Shown here piece by piece: positions 43,583-53,415 of a DNA stretch of 64,000 nt. The translations under genes and the position numbers were made by a program. Origin of the DNA: a virus. How positions within the stretch are numbered: position 1 is the stretch's first letter; each line of letters begins with the position of its first letter. Below the pieces are notes generated by a model, which saw only the letters and a program-made list of their open reading frames with translations, did no database searches and was not told the DNA's origin. Where the stretch lies: IMG/VR virus record IMGVR_UViG_3300044632_001319; one strand, 5' to 3'.

Positions 43583-45373
43583 ATGATTTATTTTCTCAGT
43601 GGTCTTCCCCGTAGTGGTTCAACCGTTCTCTCTTCCCTTCTTAATCAGCACCCTCAAGTCCATTCAACACCAACAAGCGGTCTTATAGACATTCTTGGCT
43701 CTGTATGCACAACATGGGAAAGTTCACCAACCACTGTTGCACAGGGTGGAGAGAAGGAAGAAGCCTATCGTATGCTTCGATCCGTCATTGATGCAAAGTA
43801 TAAGGATGTGAAGAAATCAGTAATCATTGACAAGAGCAGGGGATGGGTGAATCCACAGATAATGGAAACAATGACAAAGGTTCTTGGTCATCATCCAAAG
43901 ATTATAGCAACCGTTCGATCTACTGCCGACTGTGCTGCATCATTTGTAAGAGTTGCAAAACCAAACGATGTTTCAGAGTTTCTTCGCTCTTCGCAATTGA
44001 TTCAACATCTCAAATCATCATATGCTGAACTGAAAAATGGATATGACTCTGCGCCAAATAATATATTATTCATTGACTATGATGATCTTATTCAGTCTCC
44101 ACAGGAACAACTGAATCTAATTCATAAGTTTCTTGGACTTGATCCATTTGAATATGATTTTGGAAATATCGACACAAAGGTTGTGGCAGAAAAAGATGAT
44201 GCAGCATGGGGAATTCCAAATCTTCATACGATATCACCACGATTAGGATATCAACATAATCAAGATTCAAGAAAAATTCTAGCACAGCACTTCGACAGTT
44301 ACGACCAACCAAAATTCTGGAAGGGAGAGGTTCGTGACTATAAGAAAAAAAAGATCGACCACTCCGTTGCACTTTCGATGAAAGGTGAGTTTGGGGAGTC
44401 ATATAAACTTCTTTGTGAAGCACAGAAGGAGAATCCTCTATGTAACAAGATTGCCTTCAACATGGGTTGGTATGCCTTGCGTCAGGGAAGATTACAAGAG
44501 GGAATGGAGGGTTTGGCTAGGGGTCGATATGAGAACTGTTTTGGCAATCCAAGACCACCAGTACCAACACCAATGTGGGATGGGAAGAGTATGGGAACAA
44601 TCCTATATTACCTTGAAGGTGGAATAGGAGATCAGATTCATGCTTTAAAATACATCAAAGACATGAATAGACGAGGATGTGATATTATTGTTGCTTGTTC
44701 TGCTGAATTGTTTCCGATTGTTAAATGCTGCATAGGTGTAAAGATGATTATAGAACACTCCGCTGCTGGTGGTGTATACCATGATTTTTGGGTTCCAGCC
44801 ATGTCAGTTCTCATACCGTTGGGTTATGAATATAAAGATATTAATGGTTCTCCTTATATTCCAAAAACAAATAGCCCAAAGAACAAGCGACCCGTGATAG
44901 GAGTTCGTTGGCAGGGAAATCCAAAGTTCGAACATGAGCAAAATCGTAGATTTCCACTGAAGTCTTTCTTTGATGCTCTAAAGAATATTGATGCTGATTT
45001 TATTTGTTTACAAAGAGATGCTGGAGAGGAAGATTGTCCAGAATTCATCAAGAAAGTTCCCCTAAATAATTGGGAACAAACACGAGATGCTATATCTGGC
45101 TGCGATCTTGTGATATCATCATGCACCAGTGTTGCACATCTTGCAGGAGCAATGGGAGTTCCAACATGGATAATTGTTCCTGTCTTGAACTATTACATAT
45201 GGTCTGTGCCTGGTGACAAATCACCTTACTATGATTCAGTAAAGTTGTTCAGGCAAAAAAAGTTTGGATGTTGGAAGCATCCTATATCGGAGTTGAAGAA
45301 AAATTTAGAGGGTCAGTTTGGAATTGTAAAGAAATCAAAATGGAGTAAACTATGCCAAAGCATATTAGGGTAG
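43583..45373 (+). CDS. sulfotransferase + TPR-like + GT9-like fusion
   Basis: SGLPRSGST PAPS loop and DKSRGW; then EGGIGDQI, WQGNP, DLVISSCTSVAHLAGAMG.PTW. Confidence 0.82.
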   Translation: MIYFLSGLPRSGSTVLSSLLNQHPQVHSTPTSGLIDILGSVCTTWESSPTTVAQGGEKEEAYRMLRSVIDAKYKDVKKSVIIDKSRGWVNPQIMETMTKVLGHHPKIIATVRSTADCAASFVRVAKPNDVSEFLRSSQLIQHLKSSYAELKNGYDSAPNNILFIDYDDLIQSPQEQLNLIHKFLGLDPFEYDFGNIDTKVVAEKDDAAWGIPNLHTISPRLGYQHNQDSRKILAQHFDSYDQPKFWKGEVRDYKKKKIDHSVALSMKGEFGESYKLLCEAQKENPLCNKIAFNMGWYALRQGRLQEGMEGLARGRYENCFGNPRPPVPTPMWDGKSMGTILYYLEGGIGDQIHALKYIKDMNRRGCDIIVACSAELFPIVKCCIGVKMIIEHSAAGGVYHDFWVPAMSVLIPLGYEYKDINGSPYIPKTNSPKNKRPVIGVRWQGNPKFEHEQNRRFPLKSFFDALKNIDADFICLQRDAGEEDCPEFIKKVPLNNWEQTRDAISGCDLVISSCTSVAHLAGAMGVPTWIIVPVLNYYIWSVPGDKSPYYDSVKLFRQKKFGCWKHPISELKKNLEGQFGIVKKSKWSKLCQSILG

Positions 45374-45759
45374 AAAACGATGAAGTAGTGGAATGTCTTG
45401 ATTATCTTCCAGAGAATGCAACTGGTGATTGGAGAGATGCTATAGAAATTGAGCCTACTCTTATTGCTGGAAGGCAAATAACAGGAGCACATTCCTTTGA
45501 TCTTACAAAAACTCCTGTTGAAATTGTATGGTCTGTTATAGATTTGACAATTGAAGATCGCAAATCTATGTTGCTACAACAATTGAATTCAGACTCCTAT
45601 GAAATAGTACATGATGAATTAATAAAGGAGTTTCAAGGTGAGAGTTCTGACTTCGCTCTTGTGCAGGGAGCAATCTCGGCATATAGAAGCAAAAGAACAG
45701 AAATTGAAAATCTCACAACTCACGAAGAGATAGATGCTTTTATTTCAACAAACGGATAA
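45352..45759 (+). CDS. hypothetical protein (fibre assembly-like)
   Basis: 135 aa ORF with GGAG RBS and C-terminal IENLTTHEEIDA. Confidence 0.55.
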   Translation: MPKHIRVENDEVVECLDYLPENATGDWRDAIEIEPTLIAGRQITGAHSFDLTKTPVEIVWSVIDLTIEDRKSMLLQQLNSDSYEIVHDELIKEFQGESSDFALVQGAISAYRSKRTEIENLTTHEEIDAFISTNG

Positions 45760-45762
45760 AAT

Positions 45763-47142
45763 ATGAGAATCGTGTTTTCAATTATTCATAATGGACTTCA
45801 TCATCTTCATCACAACACACAATACGAAAATATACTTAAATCATGCGACAAATGGATAGTTGTCGAAGGTGCATCACGCTCAAACGGCAGTACCAAATGG
45901 TGTAACGAGTTTCCAGATGATCTTCACCTCAATGGAGGAAGTATTGATGGAACACGGGAGTTTCTTCAATTTCTATCCAAAGAAACGGATAAGTTGATCT
46001 ATATTCCTTCGAATGGATTTTGGCAATCTAAAGATCATCAAGTCAACAGAGCCATAGAAGAAGTTAAGAAAATCACAAATCGTTGCTGGCTATGGGAAAT
46101 CGATATAGACGAGCAATGGGAATTAGAACAAATGGACGCTGCTGAAAAAGAGTTGTTTGACAGCGGTTCGAAGGCAGGATGTTTCCGCGCTCAATGCTTT
46201 ATTGGAAGGAATCTTCGTGCGATAGGAGATTGGGGGGAGGCATATACCAGTGGGTATATTCGTTTATGGAAGTGGGAAGGTGAGAAGTTTATCTGCCACG
46301 AACCACCGATCATAGAGGGGCAGATGGGCATAGAGCCAAGGATGCTCTCTCAGGTATTCCGACACTACAATTACTACTTTGATAAAGATGTAATATTCAA
46401 GGATAAGTGGTATGGTGGTCACGAAAAAATTTACGAAAGATGGAAACTTATCAATTCACTTGATAAAAGATTCTTTCCAATGCACATATCAAATCTGATA
46501 TCTGGTCCGTGGGGAAGATCTAATAGTTCCATCATTTATGTTGAACCACCACATCCTAAAAAACTAGTACAAATTGGAGCAAACAAGGGTTATGATCATG
46601 TTTTTGAAAAAGTAAAGAATCGAAAATATGAATGCTTGTTAGTGGAACCAAATCCATATTCGCTCGAACATCTGCGGGAATGCTACGCTGATTTTGATAA
46701 CTGTCATTTTGACGAATGTGCAATAACCACATACGATGGTAAAATAGAAATGCATTTTAACGATATCGACTCTGGGGATTCATCACATAGCTCAATTTTG
46801 CTAGATCATGTTGTTAAGCATAATAACAAACTATCCAATATAACAAGTCAGAATGTTTCGTGCATGAAGCTAGAGACGTTGCTGGAAAAGTATGGATGGC
46901 ACACCAGCGAGATTGATTGGCTGTATATTGACGCAGAAGGTCATGATTGTGATATAATACTTTCAGTTGATTTCAGTAAGTTAAATATAAAGAACATATT
47001 CTTTGAGACGGTTCATTCTGACGGTGTTTTTACTCAGGGTAATAAACTTCAGAAGACAATCAAATACCTAAACTCATTTAATTATCTAATGAACTTTAAG
47101 CATATTACAGACAATTCGAATCTTGCTTTTACTAGACTATGA
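45763..47142 (+). CDS. GT-A-like domain + FkbM methyltransferase fusion
   Basis: VVEGA, SIDGT, IDIDEQW; then QIGANKG, VEP, IDAEGHD. Confidence 0.72.
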   Translation: MRIVFSIIHNGLHHLHHNTQYENILKSCDKWIVVEGASRSNGSTKWCNEFPDDLHLNGGSIDGTREFLQFLSKETDKLIYIPSNGFWQSKDHQVNRAIEEVKKITNRCWLWEIDIDEQWELEQMDAAEKELFDSGSKAGCFRAQCFIGRNLRAIGDWGEAYTSGYIRLWKWEGEKFICHEPPIIEGQMGIEPRMLSQVFRHYNYYFDKDVIFKDKWYGGHEKIYERWKLINSLDKRFFPMHISNLISGPWGRSNSSIIYVEPPHPKKLVQIGANKGYDHVFEKVKNRKYECLLVEPNPYSLEHLRECYADFDNCHFDECAITTYDGKIEMHFNDIDSGDSSHSSILLDHVVKHNNKLSNITSQNVSCMKLETLLEKYGWHTSEIDWLYIDAEGHDCDIILSVDFSKLNIKNIFFETVHSDGVFTQGNKLQKTIKYLNSFNYLMNFKHITDNSNLAFTRL

Positions 47143-47873
47143 AAGACATTCTTGTTATTGGTGATGCTTGTCGTGATATATTCGTATATTGCGACTCAAA
47201 CAGATTGTGTCCAGATGTACCCGTTCCAGTATTGAATGTCCTGGACTCAACGGAAAATCCTGGTATGGCAAAAAATGTGCAGAGGAATATTATTTCTCTA
47301 GGATATTCGTGTGATGCTATTGTGAATAAGAATTGGTACAATGTCACCAAGACAAGATACGTTCACAAGAAAAGCAATCATACTTTTTTTCGAGTTGATT
47401 CGGTGGAAGGCAAAGAGTCCATTAACATAAAGGAATTATCATACTCCTATAAAATCATCGTGATATCTGATTATGACAAGGGATTCATCTCTGAATATGA
47501 TATTGAAACCATCTGTGCAAATCACGATACGGTGTTTTTAGATACCAAGAAAAAACTTGGATCCTGGGCAAATAATGCAAAGTATATAAAGATCAACGAC
47601 ACGGAGTTTAGAAATTCATATGATGCAATCACACCTACCATGAAGAATAAGATAATTCATACTTTGGGTAGCAATGGATGTGAATATAGAGATAAACATT
47701 ATCCAGTGAATAAAGTAGATGTCCAGGATGTTTCTGGTGCTGGTGATACTTTTTTAGCAGGATTAGTTGTTGAATATTTCAAAACAAGTGATATAGTATC
47801 ATCCATTGAATTTGCAAACAAGTGTGCATCCAATGTTGTCAAGTATCGTGGAGTATCGGTCCCACAATTATGA
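47139..47873 (+). CDS. hldA: heptose-7-phosphate kinase (HldE domain I-like, PfkB family)
   Basis: VIGD..RD, RLCPDVPVPV, GMAKNV, SDYDKG, DVSGAGDTF. Confidence 0.85.
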   Translation: MKDILVIGDACRDIFVYCDSNRLCPDVPVPVLNVLDSTENPGMAKNVQRNIISLGYSCDAIVNKNWYNVTKTRYVHKKSNHTFFRVDSVEGKESINIKELSYSYKIIVISDYDKGFISEYDIETICANHDTVFLDTKKKLGSWANNAKYIKINDTEFRNSYDAITPTMKNKIIHTLGSNGCEYRDKHYPVNKVDVQDVSGAGDTFLAGLVVEYFKTSDIVSSIEFANKCASNVVKYRGVSVPQL

Positions 47874-48268
47874 AGACTGTTTTCACTAATGGTGTTTTTG
47901 ATATAATTCATAGGGGTCATGTGGAACTTCTTGAGTTTTGCAAGACACAAGGAGACTATCTTATCGTTGCTATAGATTCCGATGAAAGAGTCAAGAAGAC
48001 AAAAGGAATGAGTAGACCAATCAACACTGTCGAGGATAGGAAGAAGATACTACAATCCATAAGATTTGTAGACGAAGTGGTAGTATTCAACACACACGAA
48101 GAATTGAAAGAGTTTCATGCTTTATTGAAACCCGATGTTGTGGTGAAAGGTTCAGATTGGAATTTAGATTTCATACGTCAGACTGATGCAATATGTGATA
48201 ATTCTAAATTAATTTTATTTAATAGACTTGAAAACTATTCATCTACTAGTATAATAGAAAGATTATGA
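47870..48268 (+). CDS. hldC: heptose-1-phosphate nucleotidyltransferase (HldE domain II-like)
   Basis: VFTNGVFDIIHRGH, KG..RPIN, VKGSDW, YSSTSII. Confidence 0.85.
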   Translation: MKTVFTNGVFDIIHRGHVELLEFCKTQGDYLIVAIDSDERVKKTKGMSRPINTVEDRKKILQSIRFVDEVVVFNTHEELKEFHALLKPDVVVKGSDWNLDFIRQTDAICDNSKLILFNRLENYSSTSIIERL

Positions 48269-49131
48269 TATTAGTAACTGGTTCTTCTGGGTTTATAGGA
48301 AGCAGAATGCTTCTTTATCTCAATTCTATTGGAATTGAAGATATTATCCTATGTGATTTTCAAGAAAATTCTTATCGTTACAACAATAAAGCAAAATATT
48401 TCAAGTCTTATGATGTGCTTGATGATGACTTGTTCAATCAGGAAATCACATCAGTTTTTCATTTTGGAGCAATATCAGATACGCTAGAAACCAACATCGA
48501 TGTAATACAAAAATATAATATCGATTTTACCAAAAAGTTATCTAATTTTTGCCGAACAAAGAAACTTCCATTGTTTTTTGCATCTACTGCTGCAATATAT
48601 GGAAATGGATCTGGTCCATTGAATCTCTATGCCATGTCCAAGTTAGTGTCAGAAAAAGACATCTCCGATCATGGTGTTTGTTTTCGGTTGTTCAATGTCT
48701 ATGGTCCGAATGAATATCATAAAAGAGATATGGCATCTGTGATGTTCAAATGGTTCAACCAATTGAAGGATGGTGAAAGACTCCATATCTTCGCGAACTC
48801 TCACACATACAATAGAGATTTTATCTACGTCGATGATGTTTGTCGAGTATTTTTCAATGCATATAAGAATCCAATTCCTGGGGTGTATGACTTGGGATCT
48901 GGAATTCAATCGTCGTTTGATGACGTAGCAGATAAATGCATTGCTGCATTTGGTGCAGGGTCCAAGATTGAAATTGCAATGCCAGAAAAGTTGAAGAAGC
49001 AATATCAGACAAATACAATTGCTGATATCGGCAAGGCAATGGATAATGGATGGATAGATACTACTGAGACATTGGTTAGTGGAATAAATATTTATTATGA
49101 GAAACTAAAAAATGAAACCAAAAATAGTTGA
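48265..49131 (+). CDS. hldD: ADP-L-glycero-D-manno-heptose 6-epimerase-like
   Basis: VTGSSGFIGS, HFGAISDT, PLNLYAMSK, FNVYGPNEYHK..MASV, RDFIYVDDV, YQ..T.AD. Confidence 0.85.
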   Translation: MILVTGSSGFIGSRMLLYLNSIGIEDIILCDFQENSYRYNNKAKYFKSYDVLDDDLFNQEITSVFHFGAISDTLETNIDVIQKYNIDFTKKLSNFCRTKKLPLFFASTAAIYGNGSGPLNLYAMSKLVSEKDISDHGVCFRLFNVYGPNEYHKRDMASVMFKWFNQLKDGERLHIFANSHTYNRDFIYVDDVCRVFFNAYKNPIPGVYDLGSGIQSSFDDVADKCIAAFGAGSKIEIAMPEKLKKQYQTNTIADIGKAMDNGWIDTTETLVSGINIYYEKLKNETKNS

Positions 49132-49459
49132 AAAGACATGGGGTCGTGAAATTGTATTCGCAAATAACCCAAAGTATTGTGGTAAATTGCTGGTGTTTGA
49201 TTGTGGGAAACATTCGAGTCTTCATTATCATCTGATGAAAGATGAAAGCTGGTATATCCAAAGTGGCAAAATCGAATTGCATTGGATTGAACCAGTAAAC
49301 GCAACTAAACACATTGAGGTGCTTGGTGCTGGAGAAGTGATTCATCTCGCTCCAGGATATCCACACCAAGTACATGCTCTAGAGGATACGATAATTTTTG
49401 AAGTTTCTACGCAACATTTTGATGCAGACACATATAGAATAGAACCATCATCCAAATGA
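49112..49459 (+). CDS. cupin (sugar isomerase-like)
   Basis: VEKTWGRE, YCGKLL, SLHYH..KDES, EVST.HFD.D.YR. Confidence 0.75.
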   Translation: MKPKIVEKTWGREIVFANNPKYCGKLLVFDCGKHSSLHYHLMKDESWYIQSGKIELHWIEPVNATKHIEVLGAGEVIHLAPGYPHQVHALEDTIIFEVSTQHFDADTYRIEPSSK

Positions 49460-50265
49460 GATATGCAATAGATATAGATAATACGCTTGTAAAAACCAAC
49501 GGATCTGATTACAGTAACTCAGTTCCGATTCAAAGTATGATCGATCGTGTAAATAGATTATATGATGATGGAAACACAGTTTATCTTTTTACTGCGCGCG
49601 GATCTGCTTCTGGTAAAGATCATTCGCAACTTACACATGATCAGATGAAAAGATTCGGAGTAAAGTACGATAAGATAATATTTGGAAAACCAGATGTCGA
49701 TCTTTTTATAGACGATAAGGCATTATCAGTAAAGGAATGGAATCGTAAAATGATTTTAAAAATATACAAAATTTATCCAGATGTGCCAGATGTAAAATAC
49801 GGAACAAAGAATTCCGCGTGTTTCGACATCGCAGCACATTTTCATTATCAGCATTCGTTCAAGACATTTTCCAAAGATAATAAAGAAATAATAGTTCTTG
49901 GTTCTCAAGACGAAAATGGTCGAGGATATATTGACGTACCATCTGAGTGGAGAATACTTGTTCCGACTGGAATAATTCTCGACATTCCAGAACAGCATTG
50001 TGTAAAGATCTATCCTCGCTCTGGTCTTTCCACAAAGAAAGGATTGAATCTCATTAATTGTGTTGGTATAATCGACTCAGATTATGTCGAACAACTGATG
50101 ATTCCAGTCTATAATAATTCTCAAGAACGTCTACGAATTTATTCTGGTGATCGCATAGCACAAGGTGAATTGGTTTACCAACCCCAGGCAGATCTTTCAT
50201 ACATAAATGAAAGACCATCTCGTAAAAGTGATCGTGATGGCGGGTTTGGATCTACAGGTGTATAA
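49456..50265 (+). CDS. dut: HAD phosphatase fused to trimeric dUTPase
   Basis: DIDNT, TARG, GKP, IDDK; then PTG, PRSGL, GIIDSDY, GDRIAQ, R.GGFGSTG. Confidence 0.85.
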   Translation: MRYAIDIDNTLVKTNGSDYSNSVPIQSMIDRVNRLYDDGNTVYLFTARGSASGKDHSQLTHDQMKRFGVKYDKIIFGKPDVDLFIDDKALSVKEWNRKMILKIYKIYPDVPDVKYGTKNSACFDIAAHFHYQHSFKTFSKDNKEIIVLGSQDENGRGYIDVPSEWRILVPTGIILDIPEQHCVKIYPRSGLSTKKGLNLINCVGIIDSDYVEQLMIPVYNNSQERLRIYSGDRIAQGELVYQPQADLSYINERPSRKSDRDGGFGSTGV

Positions 50266-51602
50266 TGAACAAAACAAAAATTGATGATGTGGTAGACTTC
50301 CTCAAGAAGTTTGCTGGTGATGACGGTATTCCAGTTATTAATGGAACCGATTGGGAAGAGATGAATAATCTCTTTAAGAAAGAAGAAATTAAAGAGGGAA
50401 TGGCAGAATATGTTTTAAAGTATTCTGTTTTATTTCCTTTTAGACATATTCCAATCGAAGATGTAGAAAAGAAATTTAAAGAACTTCGTGCTGCTCCACA
50501 TATGGAGTTCATTATGCGTGATGCTGGAACTGTTACTGAAAAATACACTGATTACAAATATCCATACTCAACACATGGTAAGTTTGTAATCTCTTATGGT
50601 CATTATTTTAATGACATCAGTAATTATTATCAGCAACGAAATCGCTATGACTGTGGTTCACATGGATTTGTTTCTCCAAATGAATACTGGTATTCTCCAG
50701 ATCTGCTTAAGAAGATGAACTGGACTTTCTGGAGAATGGAAGACCGTGGAATCAATCATGGAAAGATTCGCGGATCCTTCAGACTTGGGGCATATGTTGC
50801 TACACAATTCAAACCACAGGTAGCAAAGACCATCTTTGATTTTGTACAATCAAAGGTTAAGACCAGAAAGTTTTCTATTCTTGACTTCAGCATGGGGTGG
50901 GGTGATCGTCTTGCTGGATTCTATGCGTCAAGAGCAACGCACTATCTTGGAACAGATCCAAATCCAAGTGTGTTCCGAGTATACAAGGACCAATGTATCG
51001 CGTATGAGAAGATAATCTCTGGCAGAGATCCAATTATTACAGACTTTCAAAAGGAAGTAAACGGTCACATCTATGATGCGTTTAGATGCATTGGAGCATC
51101 AGGCAAAGAAATAATTGTATACAATGCTCCTGCTGAAGATATACTGGATGTTATCAAAGCAAACAAATATGATTGTATCTTTACATCACCACCATACTTC
51201 TCAACAGAATTGTATGATGAGGGTGGAGATGACTGGAAGCAATCATGGTTCCGTTATTCGGAGTATGATAAGTGGTGGAATAAGTTTTACTCACCAGTTA
51301 TGAAAGCATGTTTCGAATCATTGGAAGATCACGGATCGATGATGATCAATATCATGGATCCTCATGTGTATGGTAAACGATACAATACATGTGATCAGAT
51401 GGTAGATTACATCAAGGGTCTTGGTGGAGTGTTCGACGGGCAGATTGGTATGAGAATCAAGCAACGACCAAAGAACATTGATTCTGCTGAACTTAAGAAA
51501 TATCTTGTCACAACTTTTATTGAAAACATTTGGTGTTTTTCAAAGAATGGATTTGACTTATCTCCAGGATTTGCTACACTAGAGGGACTGTTCGGAGACT
51601 AA
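50265..51602 (+). CDS. DNA amino-methyltransferase-like protein
   Basis: LDFSMGWGDRL (motif I) and FTSPPYF (motif IV). Confidence 0.78.
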   Translation: MNKTKIDDVVDFLKKFAGDDGIPVINGTDWEEMNNLFKKEEIKEGMAEYVLKYSVLFPFRHIPIEDVEKKFKELRAAPHMEFIMRDAGTVTEKYTDYKYPYSTHGKFVISYGHYFNDISNYYQQRNRYDCGSHGFVSPNEYWYSPDLLKKMNWTFWRMEDRGINHGKIRGSFRLGAYVATQFKPQVAKTIFDFVQSKVKTRKFSILDFSMGWGDRLAGFYASRATHYLGTDPNPSVFRVYKDQCIAYEKIISGRDPIITDFQKEVNGHIYDAFRCIGASGKEIIVYNAPAEDILDVIKANKYDCIFTSPPYFSTELYDEGGDDWKQSWFRYSEYDKWWNKFYSPVMKACFESLEDHGSMMINIMDPHVYGKRYNTCDQMVDYIKGLGGVFDGQIGMRIKQRPKNIDSAELKKYLVTTFIENIWCFSKNGFDLSPGFATLEGLFGD

Positions 51603-51603
51603 T

Positions 51604-51918
51604 ATGACCAAGGATGAACTTTTTAAATTACACGAAGAAATGTCTGCCGCTGCGCTTCTTCTCATGAAGAAAAAGAATGCAGATTATGCTGGTGGGGTGT
51701 CTGATCCCTTTGCTAATTTTCGACGCGCTGAAGCGTTAGGTGTTTGTTCTACTGAGCAAGCATTTCTTGTCAGGATGACTGATAAGATGTCTCGTCTTTC
51801 TTCCTTTGCAAAGAAAGGCACATTAGCAGTAGAAGATGAATCTGTACACGATACACTTCTTGATCTGATCAACTATTCGGTTCTTCTTTCCGCCTACATC
51901 AAGTCAAACGTAAAATGA
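51604..51918 (+). CDS. DUF1599 / nucleotide-modification-associated (MazG-like) protein
   Basis: KKNADY, DPFANF, RMTDKMSRL, DESVHDTLLDLINY. Confidence 0.75.
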   Translation: MTKDELFKLHEEMSAAALLLMKKKNADYAGGVSDPFANFRRAEALGVCSTEQAFLVRMTDKMSRLSSFAKKGTLAVEDESVHDTLLDLINYSVLLSAYIKSNVK

Positions 51919-53393
51919 ATTTTTACACAAACGTTTTTTATAATTTTGATTCCATTCTTTATGCTGAGAAAGAGAATGGTGTAACAAAATACAGAAGTCA
52001 AAAATATGTTCCAAAGGTTTATCTCCCATCTAAAAAGAAAACTGATATTGTTTCGATTCATGGTGAATCTCTGGCAGAAATGACATTTGATTCATATCAA
52101 TCCTACAAGGAATTCAATGACAAGTATTCTGATGTTCCTGGGTTTGAAATTCATGGTGACATCCAAACAGAATATCAATTTATTAATTCCAAGTATGGTA
52201 CTGATGTACAATACGATTTTTCTAAAATCGATGTAATGTACATAGATATCGAAACGACCTCGGAAAATGGTTGGCCTTCGATTGAGGATCCCCGTGAAAA
52301 AATCAATGTGATTACTCTGCTGTCAACGAGAACAGGAAGAGCGACTTTCTGTCTTGGAAAAGTAAAGTTGGCAGATATGTCTCGTATATACGAATACGAT
52401 GACGAAGAAGAAATGCTCACGGCATTTCTTGATTATTTTGCAGCAAATTATCCTGATGTTGTTTCGGGATGGAATATACGATTCTTCGATTTCCCATATC
52501 TCATCAGAAGAATCAAGCATTTGATGGGATTCAAAGCAGCAAAGAAACTTTCTCCATGGGGAATCGTCAAGGAGAAGTTTATTACTAGGAATGGAAACGA
52601 AGAACTGATGTATGACATAATCGGCATTTCTATGCTTGATTATTATGAAGTCTACAAGACATTCACATACACGAATCAGGAATCATATTCATTGAATCAT
52701 ATTTCTTATGTAGAACTGGGTGAGAAAAAACTTGGTTATGAAGAGTATGAAAGTTTGACTGAATTCTATCGCAAGGACTTTTCTAAGTTTGTTCAGTATA
52801 ACATTCGAGATGTTGAACTTGTTCAGAAGTTGGAAGAGAAACTAAAATTAATTGAACTGGCAATTGCTCTGGCATATTCAGCAGGAGTAAATTATCAGGA
52901 TGTCTTCTCCCAAGTTCGTACATGGGATGTAATCATTTACAACACACTTAGCAACAAAGGAATTGCAATTCCACCAAAGAAAAAGGGAAGAAAAGACGAG
53001 CAATATGCTGGTGGTTATGTAAAAGAACCACAAGTAGGTATGCACAAGTGGGTAGTATCCTTTGACTTGAATTCACTGTATCCGCATCTCATCATGCAGT
53101 ACAATATCTCACCAGAAACAATCACAAAGGAAAGTGTTCGTGGTGTGGTATCACCCGAAGGCGTACTAAAAAGAGGTTCAGTGACAATGGGTGTTCTTGA
53201 AGATAACAAGAAGAGAAATGTATCAACTGCTGCTAATGGAACTACCTATAGAAAAGATGTGCGTGGATTCTTGCCAGAACTTATGGATCAAATGTATAAA
53301 GATCGTAAAATGTTCAAGAACAAAATGATTGATGCCAAAAAGAATCTGGAAGATATCAACGCAGAAATGAAGCGAAGGGGCTTGACAAAGTAA
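51915..53393 (+). CDS. gp43A: DNA polymerase B, N-terminal part (exonuclease + motif A)
   Basis: DIET, GWNIRFFD, YNIRDV, SFDLNSLYPH; ends in the first fingers helix. Confidence 0.95.
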   Translation: MNFYTNVFYNFDSILYAEKENGVTKYRSQKYVPKVYLPSKKKTDIVSIHGESLAEMTFDSYQSYKEFNDKYSDVPGFEIHGDIQTEYQFINSKYGTDVQYDFSKIDVMYIDIETTSENGWPSIEDPREKINVITLLSTRTGRATFCLGKVKLADMSRIYEYDDEEEMLTAFLDYFAANYPDVVSGWNIRFFDFPYLIRRIKHLMGFKAAKKLSPWGIVKEKFITRNGNEELMYDIIGISMLDYYEVYKTFTYTNQESYSLNHISYVELGEKKLGYEEYESLTEFYRKDFSKFVQYNIRDVELVQKLEEKLKLIELAIALAYSAGVNYQDVFSQVRTWDVIIYNTLSNKGIAIPPKKKGRKDEQYAGGYVKEPQVGMHKWVVSFDLNSLYPHLIMQYNISPETITKESVRGVVSPEGVLKRGSVTMGVLEDNKKRNVSTAANGTTYRKDVRGFLPELMDQMYKDRKMFKNKMIDAKKNLEDINAEMKRRGLTK

Positions 53394-53409
53394 AGTTTAA
53401 TGGTATACT
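53382..53409 (+). promoter_or_regulatory. sigma70-type promoter (probably leaderless)
   Basis: TTGACA-N16-TATACT with TG extension; ATG follows after a 6-nt gap. Confidence 0.75.
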
Positions 53410-53415
53410 ATACCT

